Assembly (NCBI RefSeq): GCF_009914755.1 | Contig: NC_060928.1 | DNA from: the human T2T-CHM13v2.0 reference genome, Homo sapiens | DNA length: 64,000 nucleotides | Strand: one strand, 5' to 3' | Shown here: positions 16,015 through 32,723 of the stretch, one piece after another | Numbering within the stretch: position 1 is the first letter of the stretch | Layout: the number at the start of each line of letters is the position of its first letter | The notes under the pieces: generated by a model | Seen by the model: the letters and a program-made list of their open reading frames with translations, nothing else | Databases searched by the model: none | Told to the model about the DNA's origin: nothing | Made by a program: the position numbers and the translations under genes

Positions 16015-17578
16015 TAGTCATACATTGTTTATTAAATATTGAAATACATTCCAAGAAGTGTGTCATTAAGCAATTACATTGTAGGAACATCATAGGGTGG
16101 ACTTACACAAACCTAAATTTTATAACCTAGGCTATATGGTAAGGGCTAGGCTGTGTGGTAAGGGCTATTGCTCCTAGACCACAATCCCATATAGCAGGTT
16201 ACTGTCCTGGATATTGTAGGTAATTGTAACACAATGGTAAGTAGTTGAGTATCTAAACATAGAAAAGGTGTAGTAAAAACACAGTTATAAAAGATAAAAA
16301 TGGTACACCTACACAGAGCACTTACTATGAATAGAGCTTGCAGGACTGGAAATTGCTCTGGATGAGTCAGTGAGTGAGTGGTGAGTGAATGTGAAGGCCT
16401 AGGGCATTACTGTACACTATGATAGACTTTATAAACACTGTATATTCAGGCTACACCAAATTTATAATTTTTCAATAATAAATTAATCTTAAATGAGTAT
16501 AATTTTTTACTTTACAAACTAATTATTTAAACTTTTTGAGTCTTTTGTGATAATATAGCTTAAAACACAAATACATTGTACAACTGTACAAAAATATTTT
16601 CTTTCTTTCTATATTTATTCAATAAGCTATTTTCTATTTTGTAAATTTTAAATTTTTAAAAAATGTTTTAAACTTTTTGTTAAAAACTGAGACACAAACA
16701 AACACATTAGCCTAGACCTAGACAGTTTCAGGATCATCAATATCACTATCTTCCACCTCCATATCTTGTCCAACGGGAAGGTGATATAGTTTGGCTGTGT
16801 CCCCACCAAAATCTCATCTTGAATTCCCACGTGTTGTGGGAGGAACCTGGTGGGAGGTAATTGAATCATGGGGGGCAGGTCTTTCCCTTACTGTTCTTGT
16901 GATAATGAATAAGTATCACAAGATCTGATGGATTTAAAAAGAGGAGTTTCCCTACACAAGCTCTCTCAATTTGCCTTCTGCCATCCATGTAAGATGTGAC
17001 TTGCTCCTCCTTGCCTTCTGACATGATTGTGAGGCTTCTCTAGCCATATGAAACTCTAAGTCCAATTAAACCTCTTTCTTTTTAAAATTGCCCAGTCTTG
17101 GGTATGTTTATATCAGCAGCGTGAAAACTGACCAATACAGAAGTTCTTCAGGGACAATAATATACATGAGGCTGTCATCTCCTATGATAACAATGCCTTC
17201 TTATAAAATGCCTTCTGAAGGACTTACTTAAGGCTGTTTTACATTTAACTTTTTTCTTTGATAAGCAGGAGTATACCATAAAATAATGGTTAAAACGACA
17301 GCATAGTAAATACATAAACCGGCAACAGTAGTCATTTATTGTCAAGTATTATGTGCTGTACGTAATTGTATGTGTTATACTTTTATAGGACTGGCAGTGC
17401 AGAAGGTTTGTTTATACCAGCTTCACCACAAACACATGAGTATTGAATTGCACTGTGACTTAATGATGCCCGTGATGTCACTAAGCAATAGGAATTTTTT
17501 AGCTCCACTGTAATCTTATGAAAAATCATCATATATGTGGTTTGTTGTTGACTGAAGTCATTATGTGGTGCATGACTA
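16015..17578 (+). mobile_element. Tigger3b/MER7-type DNA transposon, interrupted by THE1 solo LTR
   Basis: Termini TAGTCAT...ATGACTA with TA flanks; internal aacatcatag...acttacacaaaccta and tctaaacatagaaaagg motifs. Confidence 0.88.
16782..17139 (+). mobile_element. THE1 solo LTR
   Basis: TGATATAGTTTGGCTGTGTCCCCACC...AATACA. TSD gaagg/gaagt. Confidence 0.94.
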
Positions 17579-17664
17579 TAATTTCAGGGAAGATTTTGCT
17601 TATAAGCTTAATTTGTATCTTGCATATTGCATATTTTTAATAAATGTTTGACAAAAATACTTGA

Positions 17665-17832
17665 ATATATATAAATATATACACATATGAAATATATATA
17701 CACATATGTATGTATACATATTTATTCATTTATCTAATATTCATTTTATATATATTTGCATATATGTATCTCTCTGTCCATATATATATAACACACACAG
17801 AGAGATATATATGTGCATGTATATATATATAT
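17665..17832. repeat. Degenerate (TA)n-rich tract
   Basis: Directly visible. Confidence 0.8.
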
Positions 17833-19064
17833 TTACTCTTAACTCTAGTAGATAGGAATTGTTTCCTGAAAAAGCTTTATTTCTTTTTAACTTATCATTA
17901 ATTAAAAATAAAAATAAGCTATTCATAAAAAATCAATAAGTTAAAGTTTCAGAAGTTAATATTGAGTGAACAAGAAAATTCAAACTAAAAACTTTCCCAT
18001 ATGTTCAGTAGTAAAAAAAAAAAAAAAAAAAAAAAAGTCCTTAAATATGCCTTTGAAAACATGAGGAGAAGAGGAGGTCCTGGGAGCCCAAGATAGAGTG
18101 ATTCAAATGGCAGGGAGATAATATGAAAATGTGAAACGTGAAAATGAGTGAGGAACATGGTGCTTCACTCCATCAACACTCTCTGAGATGCTGTAAAAGG
18201 GACATATGGAAGCTCAAACTTAAATAAGAAGTGGGAATTTCCTTGCAGTGATCATAATGATTTTATAAAATTCCTTTTACTTCTGTGGAGACAACGTGTG
18301 TTAAAGATATCAAAAAATGTCATATTTATTATAAGCTGTTTAAAATGTTTTCTTTTAAGTAGAACATTATGCCCATAGAATATACATGAATGTGAATGCA
18401 TACTTTTCGTTATAATTATTGCAGAATAAATACATATCAGCTATCTTGTTTAATTTTGCAAGAAATTTAATAAATAGTAAATTCTTTGTTAAAAATCTGT
18501 TGAGTCCATTTACTATACATATATATGTTTGAAGATACTATCAGCATGAGGAACATCTTACATGACAGACACTGTTGCATATGTAATCTCGATTGGTGAA
18601 TAGGATTCTAACTACTTTTAATGAACTTCAAAGCACATATTTGACACATACATTAACAGAGGATCTAGAAGTGAGAAGTGAAATATTCTTTGGTATAGGT
18701 AGATACTATAAAGTTAATAATACTGGATAAGTAATGATGTATAAGCACAGATAACATCATCTTGTGACATCTATTTTGTTAGGTGTACTGTGGATATGAT
18801 TTCAGATGATATTTGAAGTGGTTCTACACAAAATAGAACATCTCAATCTTAGTGATTTTATTAACACTATTGTCATTAAAATGTAAAAAGTTGAATGTTT
18901 GAAAATTATATATGTAATATAGACATATGTATATATGCATACATAAATACATGTATAAAGATGTGCATAAATACATACAGAACACATACAGTTGCATTTA
19001 TATTTTTTCAAAAATATATTGAAGAGATTGCTAATTAACTAGTATGTATTACACTGAGCATAAG

Positions 19065-19616
19065 GTAGTCATCCATTCTCTGTGGCCAAGGCCCCTACTG
19101 GACAGCTGAAACCATGGATAGTACAAAATTATATGTATACTATACCCAAATTTCTTCTTCCTTTTCCACGATTTCCTGGATAGAAGATTCGTTCTTACTG
19201 TAGATCTTAACAACCTCAGCATAAGATTTTTTTCTTTCCTTATTAATCAAAGAACTTTCAATTTTTCACTTAAAGGAAGCACTTTATGGCTTCTCTTTGG
19301 AATATCTGAATTGCCAGCATGATTACCCTTTCACTTTCGGGCCATTATTAAGTAAACTAAAGCTTCCTTGAAGACAGGCACTGCCATACTGTGACAATCA
19401 ATCTGGTAACCAAGAAAGCTAAGAGATTAATGAGCAGGTAGTGTAGACAGTGTGGATGTGCTGGACAAAAGGATGATTCAGATCCGGGATGGGACAAACA
19501 GAGATGGCATGAGTTTCATTACGCTACTCAGAAGATAATGCGATTTGAAACTTATACATTGTTTATTTTTGGAATTTTTTATTTAATACTTTCAGGCTGC
19601 AGTTGACTGAGTAACT
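19065..19616 (-). mobile_element. MER44 (Tigger7-derived) DNA transposon
   Basis: Antisense match to MER44 including the start of the transposase relic (ttcacttaaaggaagcactttatggcttctctttgg...ggccattattaag). One terminus incomplete. Confidence 0.85.
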
Positions 19617-20029
19617 TATCATTTACTTCTGAGCTATAAAAAAGGTTTTAGTTACTAAAAAGGTCGCAGTGCTCAAAAAACAGTATGTATCAAAACAGAC
19701 TTTGTATATCAAATCTATTTTTGTAGTTCAATCGATGGATTCTACATTTAAATTGTAGTGAACACAGTATTTTCATATGGAAGCATGAGTGGATTGTGGG
19801 CAGGAAGCTTTAAGCATTAACTCATTGTTTTAATTGCATTTTTCCACTTGAATTCTCACAGCTCTATTCTTCACCCAAATTCAGGTAGCTAGGCCAAATT
19901 ACCATTTCCTCAAGGGGACTATTGTCACTCTGGAAGCAAATACAATATAGATATAAGATGAAAATCTTTATATTGCATGCAGACAGAAAAAAATTCCATG
20001 AGCTAGATAATGAATATCAACTGCAGAAA

Positions 20030-20232
20030 CCGCCCCCCACCCCCTGCTAGGGAACATCTGGCAATGTCTGGAGTCATTTTTGGTTGTCACAACTGAGAGT
20101 GGGGGGTTATGTTGGCATCTGGCTAGTGGAGGTCAGAGCTGCTGTTAAACATCTACAATGCAAAGGACAGTTCCACAACATAGAATGATCTGATCCAAAA
20201 TAACAATAGTGTTGAGATTGGCAAATGCTAGA
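20030..20232 (+). mobile_element. MER20 (hAT-Charlie)
   Basis: ggcaatgtctggag..tttttggttgtcacaactg..ggcatct..gctgttaaacat..acaatgc..aggacag matches MER20. Confidence 0.85.
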
Positions 20233-23045
20233 CTAGAGAAAGGGGAGAGAGAGGAACATCACTAATATGACAGAAGAGACAATAGCATGAGATCAACAAG
20301 TTTTATCTAAGAATGCACTCCCAGGATCAGGGATGCCTTCAGGAACTGAGTCTGTTTGCCATTCTTGTGAGTACCAAACATAACCTATGCTAACAATATA
20401 CATTAGTTGCCTGCTTTTTGCAAACTAATAAGGATTTCTCTTTGATGGCAACAAGCATGTTGACCACTAATTGTCCAAGGAGTTCTGATGCCTCCTTTTG
20501 ATCCATAATTTGTTGTCTTACCAAATGCACCCTATATAGGCTATCCATGTTTCAGTGACCCAGGACACTGAATACATTTCAGGGAAGTGGTAGTGTGGAA
20601 GGAAGGATTTTCCATTTGGCCCAAGTGGTAGCTAAGTATCAACTAAAGAGTGACCTTTAGGCAGGGTAGTGGTTACTCTTGCCTTCATACACACATCTTC
20701 GTCTTGAAAAAAAATTATATCACATTATCATACAGTAGTAATAAACACATCTCTATTCTAGCAAATAATTAAAAATATTAAAAAATTATATTGAAAGAAA
20801 ATATTTCTATTGTTTGCCTTATATGCATAATATTTCCCTTGTAAGTCCATGGTAATTTGCAGGAAAATTCATTGTGATGTAATTAGTTTCATAAGATTGA
20901 CAGCAACGGCCCATCTATTATAGATTTTTATGACATGCTAATTTCCCATCTGTCCAGGGCACTTCTTTTCATGTGCCAACATTTTAGAGAAAAGTTATAA
21001 GAATTGAAAGCCTACTCTTCTTCTAATTGCAGGACGACAATTATTAATGCAATATTCTTGCTAAAGGAGAAGGCACGCTTCTTCGTTTTTTATAAAGGTC
21101 ACTTTTATAAAAAATGATAGTTCATTATAACCTCCAAATTGAAAATTATTTTCTAGTAATATAAGCAGGCCCTGTCCCACTTTCACACTTATCCCTAAAC
21201 CTAAAATGGCTTCCTTTTTCATATTTATTATCCCCAGTATTCTCTGTGAAATTTCTTTTGCATTAAGAACCTTTCCAAGAAGGTTTCATTGAAACATGTC
21301 ACATAGGGGATTATAAAATTAATGTGATGTCTTTTACAAATACATTGTAAGTACTATAAATAAATCAACCAATGACAAACTGAAGTATTTCTTTTCCCTC
21401 TTATGAAAGAAAGTGAGACAATATGCAGAGAAGGCTTAAGAAGCTCAAGTTGAAGTAAAAATTTAAGCTACCCCAGAAAAGACTATAAATACTTGTTTAT
21501 TACATTTGATTTCTGGTATGCCTAAAGTGAGTTACATCTGTGCCAACATATGGATAACTTTGTTCTGAGGGCCTGGGTTTATTGGAGGCATGGGCTGGTT
21601 GCCTCACATCAGAAGAAATCTCATATTTATACTCAAGTATTATACAGATATTTTGAGTAAAACATTTGAAAAATGTTCAGAGGAATTGTTCCATATTCTA
21701 ATATTTGGATGTATCATTTTATCATTATGCAAATTCAAGAAAAAAATTAATGACCTTGGATGCGAAGAAGAGGATTCATGGGAAATTGGTAGGGAGTTCA
21801 GAGTGAAATACAGAAAAGAAGGTACTATAGAAATTATCTTACGTAGGTACAATGCAATAGAATACATATTGTTGTTGACTAGTAATAATTTTGCAAACAC
21901 TGTTTGAAAAACCAACATTCTAGAATGAAGAAAATTAAGAAGACTAACATTCATAAGTATTTCAAAGGGATAATTCTTGATTATAGAAGCGTAAGTTCAG
22001 TGCATTTTAAAATGACTCCTCAATAGTTTCTATCACTTAGTATATTGCTCTATAAATAAAGACATTATACTATTTTCCCCAAGTGCTTCGGGGGAAATCC
22101 TCATTTTGACTAAAATGCTGTTAAAATGATGTGATAAAAAGAAAATCAATATTAGTGAGAAAGGTAAATTTAGTAGTGCTGATGAGATAAATACAGTACT
22201 CAGCTGTTGTGACAATTATTGAAACCAGCATTTGCAAGTTGCATCAAATCTGCACCTTTTTCATTTAATTTATTAGAATGCTCTGAATAAAGATTAACTC
22301 CTTTAGCCTAATATTTCTTGGTTCATTAGCATTAAAATGAGAACTGCAAGTTCCTTGGAATAACCTTTAAATTGTTTCTTCTAACTTCAGCATAACTTCT
22401 GACAGTATCTCCAAATCTCCTTGAACTATTATTTTGTCATGTTCAACTCTTTTCAAGCTGTGTTTAATTTAGTCTTTACCAAGGGCTAAAGTTTTAAAAT
22501 TGACTTTTAAAAGCAATCCACAAATTTTGTCTTAGAGACTGGGGGCACACAGCAAAGAACTTTCAAGCCTTTATTCGATATGTTAGCAAAACTTCAGGCC
22601 ATATGGAGGCTTTGAGAATAAGTCCCTAAAATATACCAAGGGGCATAGTGAGGGTGGTCACACAAAATGTTTTATGCATAATGTTTTCTCCAAATTTTAA
22701 GTAGCAGGGAAAAAAAGAGTAAACAATGAAGTTCTTGTTACCAATCTTGCTGCTTTTTCAAAGGACTCAGGAAGGAAATTTGCTGAGGGCACTGCATAGT
22801 ATAGGTTATACCAGACAGATTGCACAGAAACCAAGTTAGCTCATAAGAGAGATACTTTGAAAATGGAGTAAAAAGTAAAGGGAAGAGAAAAAAAAAAGCA
22901 CTAATGAAAACACTGTTGAAACATCTACAGGCAATGATGGAAAAAAAACACAACATAAAACAATCTAAAGATTTAAAGATTTCTCAGATGACAAACAGTT
23001 CAAAATTATCACATGGATTCCTTTGTAAATGAAATGACAGTGTAG

Positions 23046-23491
<446 letters not shown>

Positions 23492-25209
23492 TATTTATTT
23501 TTTAATAAATGTGGTAACAGGAATGTTTAGGAAAAATTCTTGGACATTTAATTCAAATATTAAAGTACATTTCAATCAGACAAGCAGGTAAGACTTTCTA
23601 ATTTAAAACAGTAATCTTCAGAAAATTAAAATGAGTTAACTCTCTGAATGCTCCAAGGTGAAATGGACCAATCTCAAATTTCATGACTTAAAATTGAGAG
23701 ACAGTTTTTGACGACACTTCAGTAAATTACATTTTTATGCTTCCTTTTCAATTGTGCAAAACTAAAACAATCTTTAAAATATATTACAAAATTACACATT
23801 GTGACTTGGGTTAGCAACAGAATTGAGGTTATTATATTATTGTATTTTACTATTTCTGACTATATGTCTATGTAATTCAACAATATTAATTTTGTTAACT
23901 AGATAATATATATTTCAATAAATACCCATAGATTCCTTATTTTTTCCTATTTCCATCTGCAATAGTCTCTAATGTTCTATAACACATTTAGCAACTTGTT
24001 TTTTCTGTAATTAATGATATTGATTCTGACACTTATGATTAATCTGCTCTAAATTAACTCCTTTAAATATAACTGAAGCTTGACTCATAACTAATTCATT
24101 TTTAATATAAGTGCAATTCTTCAGCTTGTGTTAAAATAGCTATCAGTGCACATGTGTCTGTAATGGCCACGTGCCCTTTGCTGAATTTTATTACATGTTA
24201 ATAAAACACAGTGAAATGGGTGGCTTTGTATTGTAACTTCTGGTTTCCCATTATGACCTTCACAGGCGTGTATTCTACTCCACTTTGTTGCTAAAAGCTT
24301 ACAGAAATTAAACAATAAGTCTTACCCATTGAGACAACACTTTCAAATAATATATTTCAATTTCTACAGATAGAATCGTTTAACAGACATGTAGTTTGTG
24401 CTGACACCATTTTGATTTCAACTTTATACATATATATATATTTTTTTCTAGTGGTGAAGGAATACTTTCTTTAAATTCAGTTTTTTTCCCTAATTCTGTG
24501 TGCTACATCACCGTAGGGCTGTGCCCATTTAGACAAACAATTTTGAATCATTTCAGTTTAAAAATAACAGCTTGATATCAGTAAAGCAACTGTGATTTTG
24601 TTTGCTCATGAGAAATAACTTATTTGCTTTAATTTTGGCAAAGTTTTTTGTTAACATAACTTGTCATTTAGTTATCACTCATGCTTTAGAAATAATACAG
24701 CAGAATCAAACTTATCTTAAATATTTTCAGATAATTTATTCATCCTAGGACAACCTCTAGTGGGTGATAAGATACAATCTTTTCTTAATAAATACCAGCA
24801 TAGTACAAGAGAAAGTATTAAGATCTATAATCAGAAATTCTTGTTTTGTTTCTGGATATATAAACTTTTACTTTTTTTCAAAATTCTAAAATTCTGAGAA
24901 GCTGTGTAGGCTTGTCATTAAATCATATCTGCTGTACTTCTTAGGCAAAGGAGGAATCCATGAATTCTCAAATTTTTGCCATCTGTTAAAACAAGTGTAA
25001 TTTTTTTTTTTTTTTTTTGTAAAATCACCTCTGTTTCTCATTTGTAGCAGATTTAATGAGGAATTCCAGTACGCTAGCTAGAAGCCACCCATTTTTCCTT
25101 TGGGTTATTTTTCTTCTCTGTAAAGGATTTTCTATGATAGTTTTCTTAGTGAGGTTCCGTAAGTGGTAAATTCTCTAATTTTTTTTACATTAATAATTAA
25201 GTATATTCT

Positions 25210-25505
<296 letters not shown>

Positions 25506-25893
25506 TTAAGTATATTTTGACTTCATTCTTAAATGATGGCTAATTTAGATGTAAAAATCTAAACTGAGTGTTATTCCCCCCACCCAAACGCCAACAATTG
25601 GAAACTATTACTACATGCTTTTCTGGTATGTATATGATTGCTAATGAGGAATTGTACCTAGAAATCATATTGTTATAGGTAATAATCAGCCTTTTCTCTC
25701 TCATTTTAAAAATAATGTGCTTCTTGAGTTATGGTTTTACTTCATTGTATCTAGGTATACATTTATTTTTACAGATGTTTTTTAGTAACCCAGAGCTAAA
25801 TATACTGGCATATATTTTGCCAATAAAGGTACTCGATAGTCAGGGAAATCAAACTGAATATAAAAACTACTTTTGGGGAATTTGTGTTAGCTT

Positions 25894-26169
25894 GAAAGAA
25901 AGAAAGAAGGAAAGAAAGAGAAAGAGAGAAGAAGAGAAAGAGAGAGAAAGAAGGAAAGAAAGAAAAAGAAAGAAAGAAAGAAAAGAAAGAAGAAAGAAAG
26001 AGAAAGAAAGAAAAAGAAAGAAAGAAAGGGAAAGAAAGCAAGCTACAAGAAGAAAGGGAGGGAGGGAGGAAAGAAGAAAGGGAGGAAGGGAGGAAGGGAG
26101 GGAAGGAAAGAAAGAAAAAAGAAAGAAAGAAAAGAAAAGAAAGAAAGCGAGAGAGAAAGAGAAAGAGAG
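25894..26169 (+). repeat. Polypurine (GAAA)n/(GGAA)n tract
   Basis: About 275 bp nearly pure A/G. Confidence 0.95.
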
Positions 26170-26173
26170 TCTA

Positions 26174-26618
26174 TAGTTGACCATTGAACAACACAGAGCA
26201 CAGATGTTATGGGTGCTGACCCTACACAGATGAAAATCCACTCATAATCTGTGATTCCCCCAGAACTTACTGCTAATAGCCTGCTGTTGATCAGAAACCT
26301 TAGCAATAACACAAGCAGTCAATTAACACACATTTTGTATGTGGCATGTGGTATATACTGTATTCTTATAATAAAGTAAGCAAGAGAAAAGAAAATGTTG
26401 TTAAGAAAACCATAAAGCAGAGAAAGTATATTTACCATTCATTAAGTGAAAGTGGGTCATCATAAAGGTCTTTATCCTCATTTTCTTCTCATTGAATAGG
26501 CGGAGGAGGAGTGCAGTGGAGGAGTTGGTCTTGCTGTCTCGGGGTGACAAAGGAGGAAGAAAATCCCAATATAAGTGAACCAGTACTATGCAAACCAGTG
26601 TTGTTCAAGGGGCAATGG
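26174..26618 (+). mobile_element. Tigger2a/MER28 DNA transposon
   Basis: TIRs tagttgaccattgaacaacac / gtgttgttcaaggggcaatgg, TA flanks. Confidence 0.88.
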
Positions 26619-26901
26619 TACACATAGGGCTACTGTTATGAACAACGTGAAAGTAATTTTCTAGCTTTCTAGGAAACTCAGGTTTCAGTTTTCTTAAAAT
26701 CATGACCACTGGTGCTAGGTAGCTCATTTCCTGTGATAGGTTAGGTGCTGATGTATTTCTTTATATCATCTTCAAAGATTATCTGTATGTTTCTTTTGCT
26801 TGATAATCAAATGCACCTGCATATTTTCCAGTCTGGTGCACAGAAGCATTGTAGGAAAAGCAAAAATGTACATAATTTGTTCTTCCCATGCTCAATTCTA
26901 C

Positions 26902-28567
<1,666 letters not shown>

Positions 28568-30238
28568 TAGTTTGTGATTTCTTCCAAGTACTGGATGTTA
28601 AATCTTAACAAATAAAATGTTAATTTCCATATTTTAATTATTTCTTTCAGCCTCTTCCTCAATTCAGTGCTCTACTTCAATAAATTATTTCCTAATTTTG
28701 TTAGGCATAGTTTGTTTCTGTAGCTTGAAAATACTGAATTTATCCAATAACATGCCCATAGGTAAAGAATTATCTTCCCTGTGTATATGAATTATTTTCA
28801 TTTATATGTGACCTTCATACCCCACTCTGCAATCTCATCTATTTTTCTCTCTACCAAATTTAAATTTTCTTACTCATAGGGTTGGTTATCATGGTTTCTC
28901 TGGAATTTTTGTACATAAGACTCATTTAGATGCACCAATTTATCAATCCTGAAAATCAGCTCATTAGAATTTCTTAGATAAAATTCCCAAGGGAACAATT
29001 CCAGGTGGCCCTATTTTTTTTTTTTTTTTTCCCATGGCAGGCCATAGATGTCATATTCTGGCCACACTAATTATTGGGCTAAATATAGCTGGATTAGTCA
29101 CCTCAGCCTAGGAAACTGGGATGGTATCTTCCAAATGGTAATGCAGGAATTTTAAGGTAAGCACAGGGAGACAGAAACGTCTCATGAGCAGAAAGGCAGA
29201 ATTTCTGATGGATTTTGACTTTTCTTTGTGGATACAGATGGTGAAAGTGAGCCTCAATGATCTTCATGATCCCTCTGACCACTGGGATCTTAAGCAGGAG
29301 GTGTCAGAAAATTTATCACAGAGATCATTGCAATGTGGTGGCTAAGTATTCATGGCAATGCCACTGTTTGGTCCTTAGATATTAACACTCCGTCATAAAA
29401 TATTGGTTCTTCATTGTGAAGCAGACTTCACTAAGGGTGGGATTGTTCACCCATTAATAAGAATTTGAGCTGTGATTAGGCAATGGTGATACAAGACAGT
29501 TTTGTCCTACTGATGATGTGTTTGTTGTTGCCATAGGAATCCTTCTCATTAGAAATGGAACAGCATGTTCAGATCTATAGATCGTACCTATTGCTGGTAC
29601 TATATATGAATAAAATTCAAAGTTTAAAAAATTGTCTTTAAGATAAATTGATTAATAAAATGATAAAAATCTTATTTAGAAAATTTATTTAAAACTTGTA
29701 TGTCTGTGTTCTCATGTCTAGGTAGATATTTCTATAGGAGGACTTAGGTAAAATAAAAGTGAATATTTAAAAATTAATACAGATGAGCATATCAGAAGAT
29801 CTTACTTCAGTGGTATGTACGTTTAACATAGAAAATAACAATCTTTTTCAAAGTCAGATATTTTGAATAAATGAATAGCAAAGACGCTGTGTTTGTATGC
29901 ACAGTATATATTAAAACCTCGTAGAAATTACATTTAGAATGCAAGGTGACACTTTATGAGCTCTACTGAATTCAACTTGTACACATTCAGTAACTTTCGG
30001 CAAGTTACTCTTCTAGGTAGTAGATATATAATCGTTAAGCGTCTTAAGTATTTCTTGAAAAAACACCTAAATTCAGAACAAGTACACAGACAGAGATATG
30101 GTATAATAAATGCTGTAATGAGAAAAGAAATAGTAATTTTTAAATAGGAAAGGCTTATTAGATGAAATGACATATAAAATAAGAAAGAAAATATAAGTAA
30201 AAAATTTTCAAGTGAAAGAGATATATACAAAAAGGAGT

Positions 30239-30322
30239 ATTGCAGAAGAAAATACAATACATATAAATGGACCCCAAATAATTGCAGAAGAAAATACAAT
30301 ACATATAAATGGACCCCAAATA
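30239..30322 (+). repeat. Perfect 2 x 42-bp tandem duplication
   Basis: attgcagaagaaaatacaatacatataaatggaccccaaata twice. Confidence 0.97.
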
Positions 30323-30409
30323 AGGAAGAAAGATCACAAAACTGCAGAAATGCAAAATAAGTTAGTCTACTTGGAGTAAAAAACTTAGTCTACCTAGAGT
30401 AAAAATCAT

Positions 30410-30690
30410 GAAGATGGTGAAGGTGGGTGGTAGTTGAGTGATCAGGTTTGAAGCTGGAGAAGGCAAGTGCTAGTTCATGTAGAGATCCTTTCCTAAGATA
30501 TGTGTAATATTCCAAGGCCAATGGCACGTTAACAACTTGGAAAGTTGTGAGAGGTATAGAAGGTATATGATTATGTTTGCATGTTGAAAGATCATTTTTA
30601 TTTCAGTGTGACTAGTTGATGGGAAGGCATCTGGGAGAGGCAGTGATGCCAAACAGGAGGGAATCGCAGTTTTCTATGTGTGCTATGAGC
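30410..30690 (-). mobile_element. L2-like fragment
   Basis: Degenerate L2 motifs (tgattatgtttgcatgttgaaagatcatttt..ggaaggc). Confidence 0.45.
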
Positions 30691-31160
30691 CAGGAGCTTC
30701 AATATTTTCTATGAACTATAAGCCAAATAAGCAATCTGCTATGTATATTAAGAAAAATAAAAGAAGTGATTTTAAGCCATGCTTTATATGGGAATCATAT
30801 ATAAAAATTATTTAAAATATTAATATTTTAGAACACAAATACTGCTTATTAAATTGAATGATCTGACCACTTTTTAATGACTAAATTCAGAGCTGTCTAT
30901 ATTCTTAGTAGATATGCTATACTAGTAATGAACACAATCTGAAATATGATTTTTTTGTTTATTCTGCTGACATTTAATGAAATAAAATTTTCATCTAACC
31001 AGTATTCAAAACTGTTAAGTCTATACGAAATATGTCTGCCCTCAGCTTTGCCAGAGGCAGAATGTACTTTTATTGATAGATTGAGCATTATGCTTTCTTC
31101 TGAAATTCCCTATTCATGGCTTATTCAAGTGTTCTTTCGTTTTGTTCAAAGTACTCTCCA

Positions 31161-31196
31161 TGTGTGCGTGTGTGTGTGTTTGTGTGTGTGTGTGTG
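31161..31196 (+). repeat. (TG)n microsatellite
   Basis: Directly visible. Confidence 0.9.
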
Positions 31197-32315
31197 GTTT
31201 AAACCATATGCTTGGAACGTGTATGGTTTTATTTTCTGTGAATTAAGATGATAGAGTATTCTTTTGAAAAATGAATTAAATGGAATATAAATAGACCCAT
31301 CTTTTGTCAGCAGCAAAGAAAAGCATTAAAGGGAAGCAATTTGTGGGAGATCTGTATTAGGTAAGGAAAATGTGTGTTCTATTACTCCAGAAAAATATAA
31401 ACTTGTGATTTATTAAAATAATAAATGTCTTACTTGAAAGCACAGTAAATAGACTAAATAGGGCTTTGTGGCCCCTTTTCCCTTCCCTTTTTCGTTTTTT
31501 TTCAGTTTGGAATATTTCGACATTATATAAATGTAAAAAGGTATACTTTAAATATTTGTTTAAAGTCAAAACATTATTTTTAAAATTTTTACATTTATAT
31601 CAAAACAACGCTTCATGAATTTGATAATTGATAGGTTATGGATATGTATATTCATATTTGTTGTTTCCATTGTACCAAAGTACCAGCAGGTTAAGTAGCA
31701 ACTATTTAAATGTTCAGTGATTTTTAAGTTTGCTGGTCTTCTGTTGCCATAAATTAGGACCTCTCTAAGAAAGTGAAGATATATGTTAATAATTATGTGA
31801 TAATTCAGTAATAAATATGAATATATTATTGTGGTATAGATACAGGGAAACTACCCGTTCACATAATCAAAGACAAACACTTTACAAACTGTTGATTACC
31901 AATGTTATTTATATGTTATAAAAATATTTTACATTTTAATCTAGGCTACATTGGATGTAAGATTCCTTTACAGTGGCCGTAGCAATTAGGGGTTAAATTA
32001 TTATTTAATTAGATACATCAATTTCCAAAGATTCTACAATGAAACTAGTTTTTTAATTTGGTAATTTAATAATTAGAATCTCTTATTTGTCATACTGTTA
32101 TAATTTCTGTCAAAATAATAATCTCTATAAAATGTTTTAGTGATAATAATGCATTTGACCATATGAATAAAGCAATTTCCTGATAGTAACTGCATTCTTA
32201 AATTTTACCTTGCTCTTAAAACTGGAAGGACACAGTTTATTGTGAGGAAAAAAAAAAAAAACAGATAAATTGAAGTTACACAGCTTTGTCATAGTTAAAT
32301 ACATCACTCCTATTA

Positions 32316-32723
<408 letters not shown>

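Noticed and set aside
18013-18036. Lone poly-A run as a processed pseudogene tail
   Set aside because: No recognisable upstream mRNA-like sequence or TSD.
18233-18242. Perfect NF-kB motif GGGAATTTCC (and AP-1 TGACTCA at 14781)
   Set aside because: Isolated short motifs are expected by chance in 64 kb; no supporting cluster.
21590-21954. Overlapping ~105-aa ORFs on both strands in unique-looking DNA
   Set aside because: No recognisable domain or splice structure; consistent with chance.
25715-26312. K/E/R-rich and F/S/L-rich ORFs (also 6866-7126, 13204-13554)
   Set aside because: Artefacts of stop-free purine repeats.
29040-29580. Less AT-rich unique-looking segment as a possible exon or ERV relic
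   Set aside because: No ORF, recognisable homology or convincing splice pair; cannot be supported without a search.
30239-30407. Direct repeats as a CRISPR-like array
   Set aside because: Only two adjacent copies each, no spacers, eukaryotic context, no cas genes.
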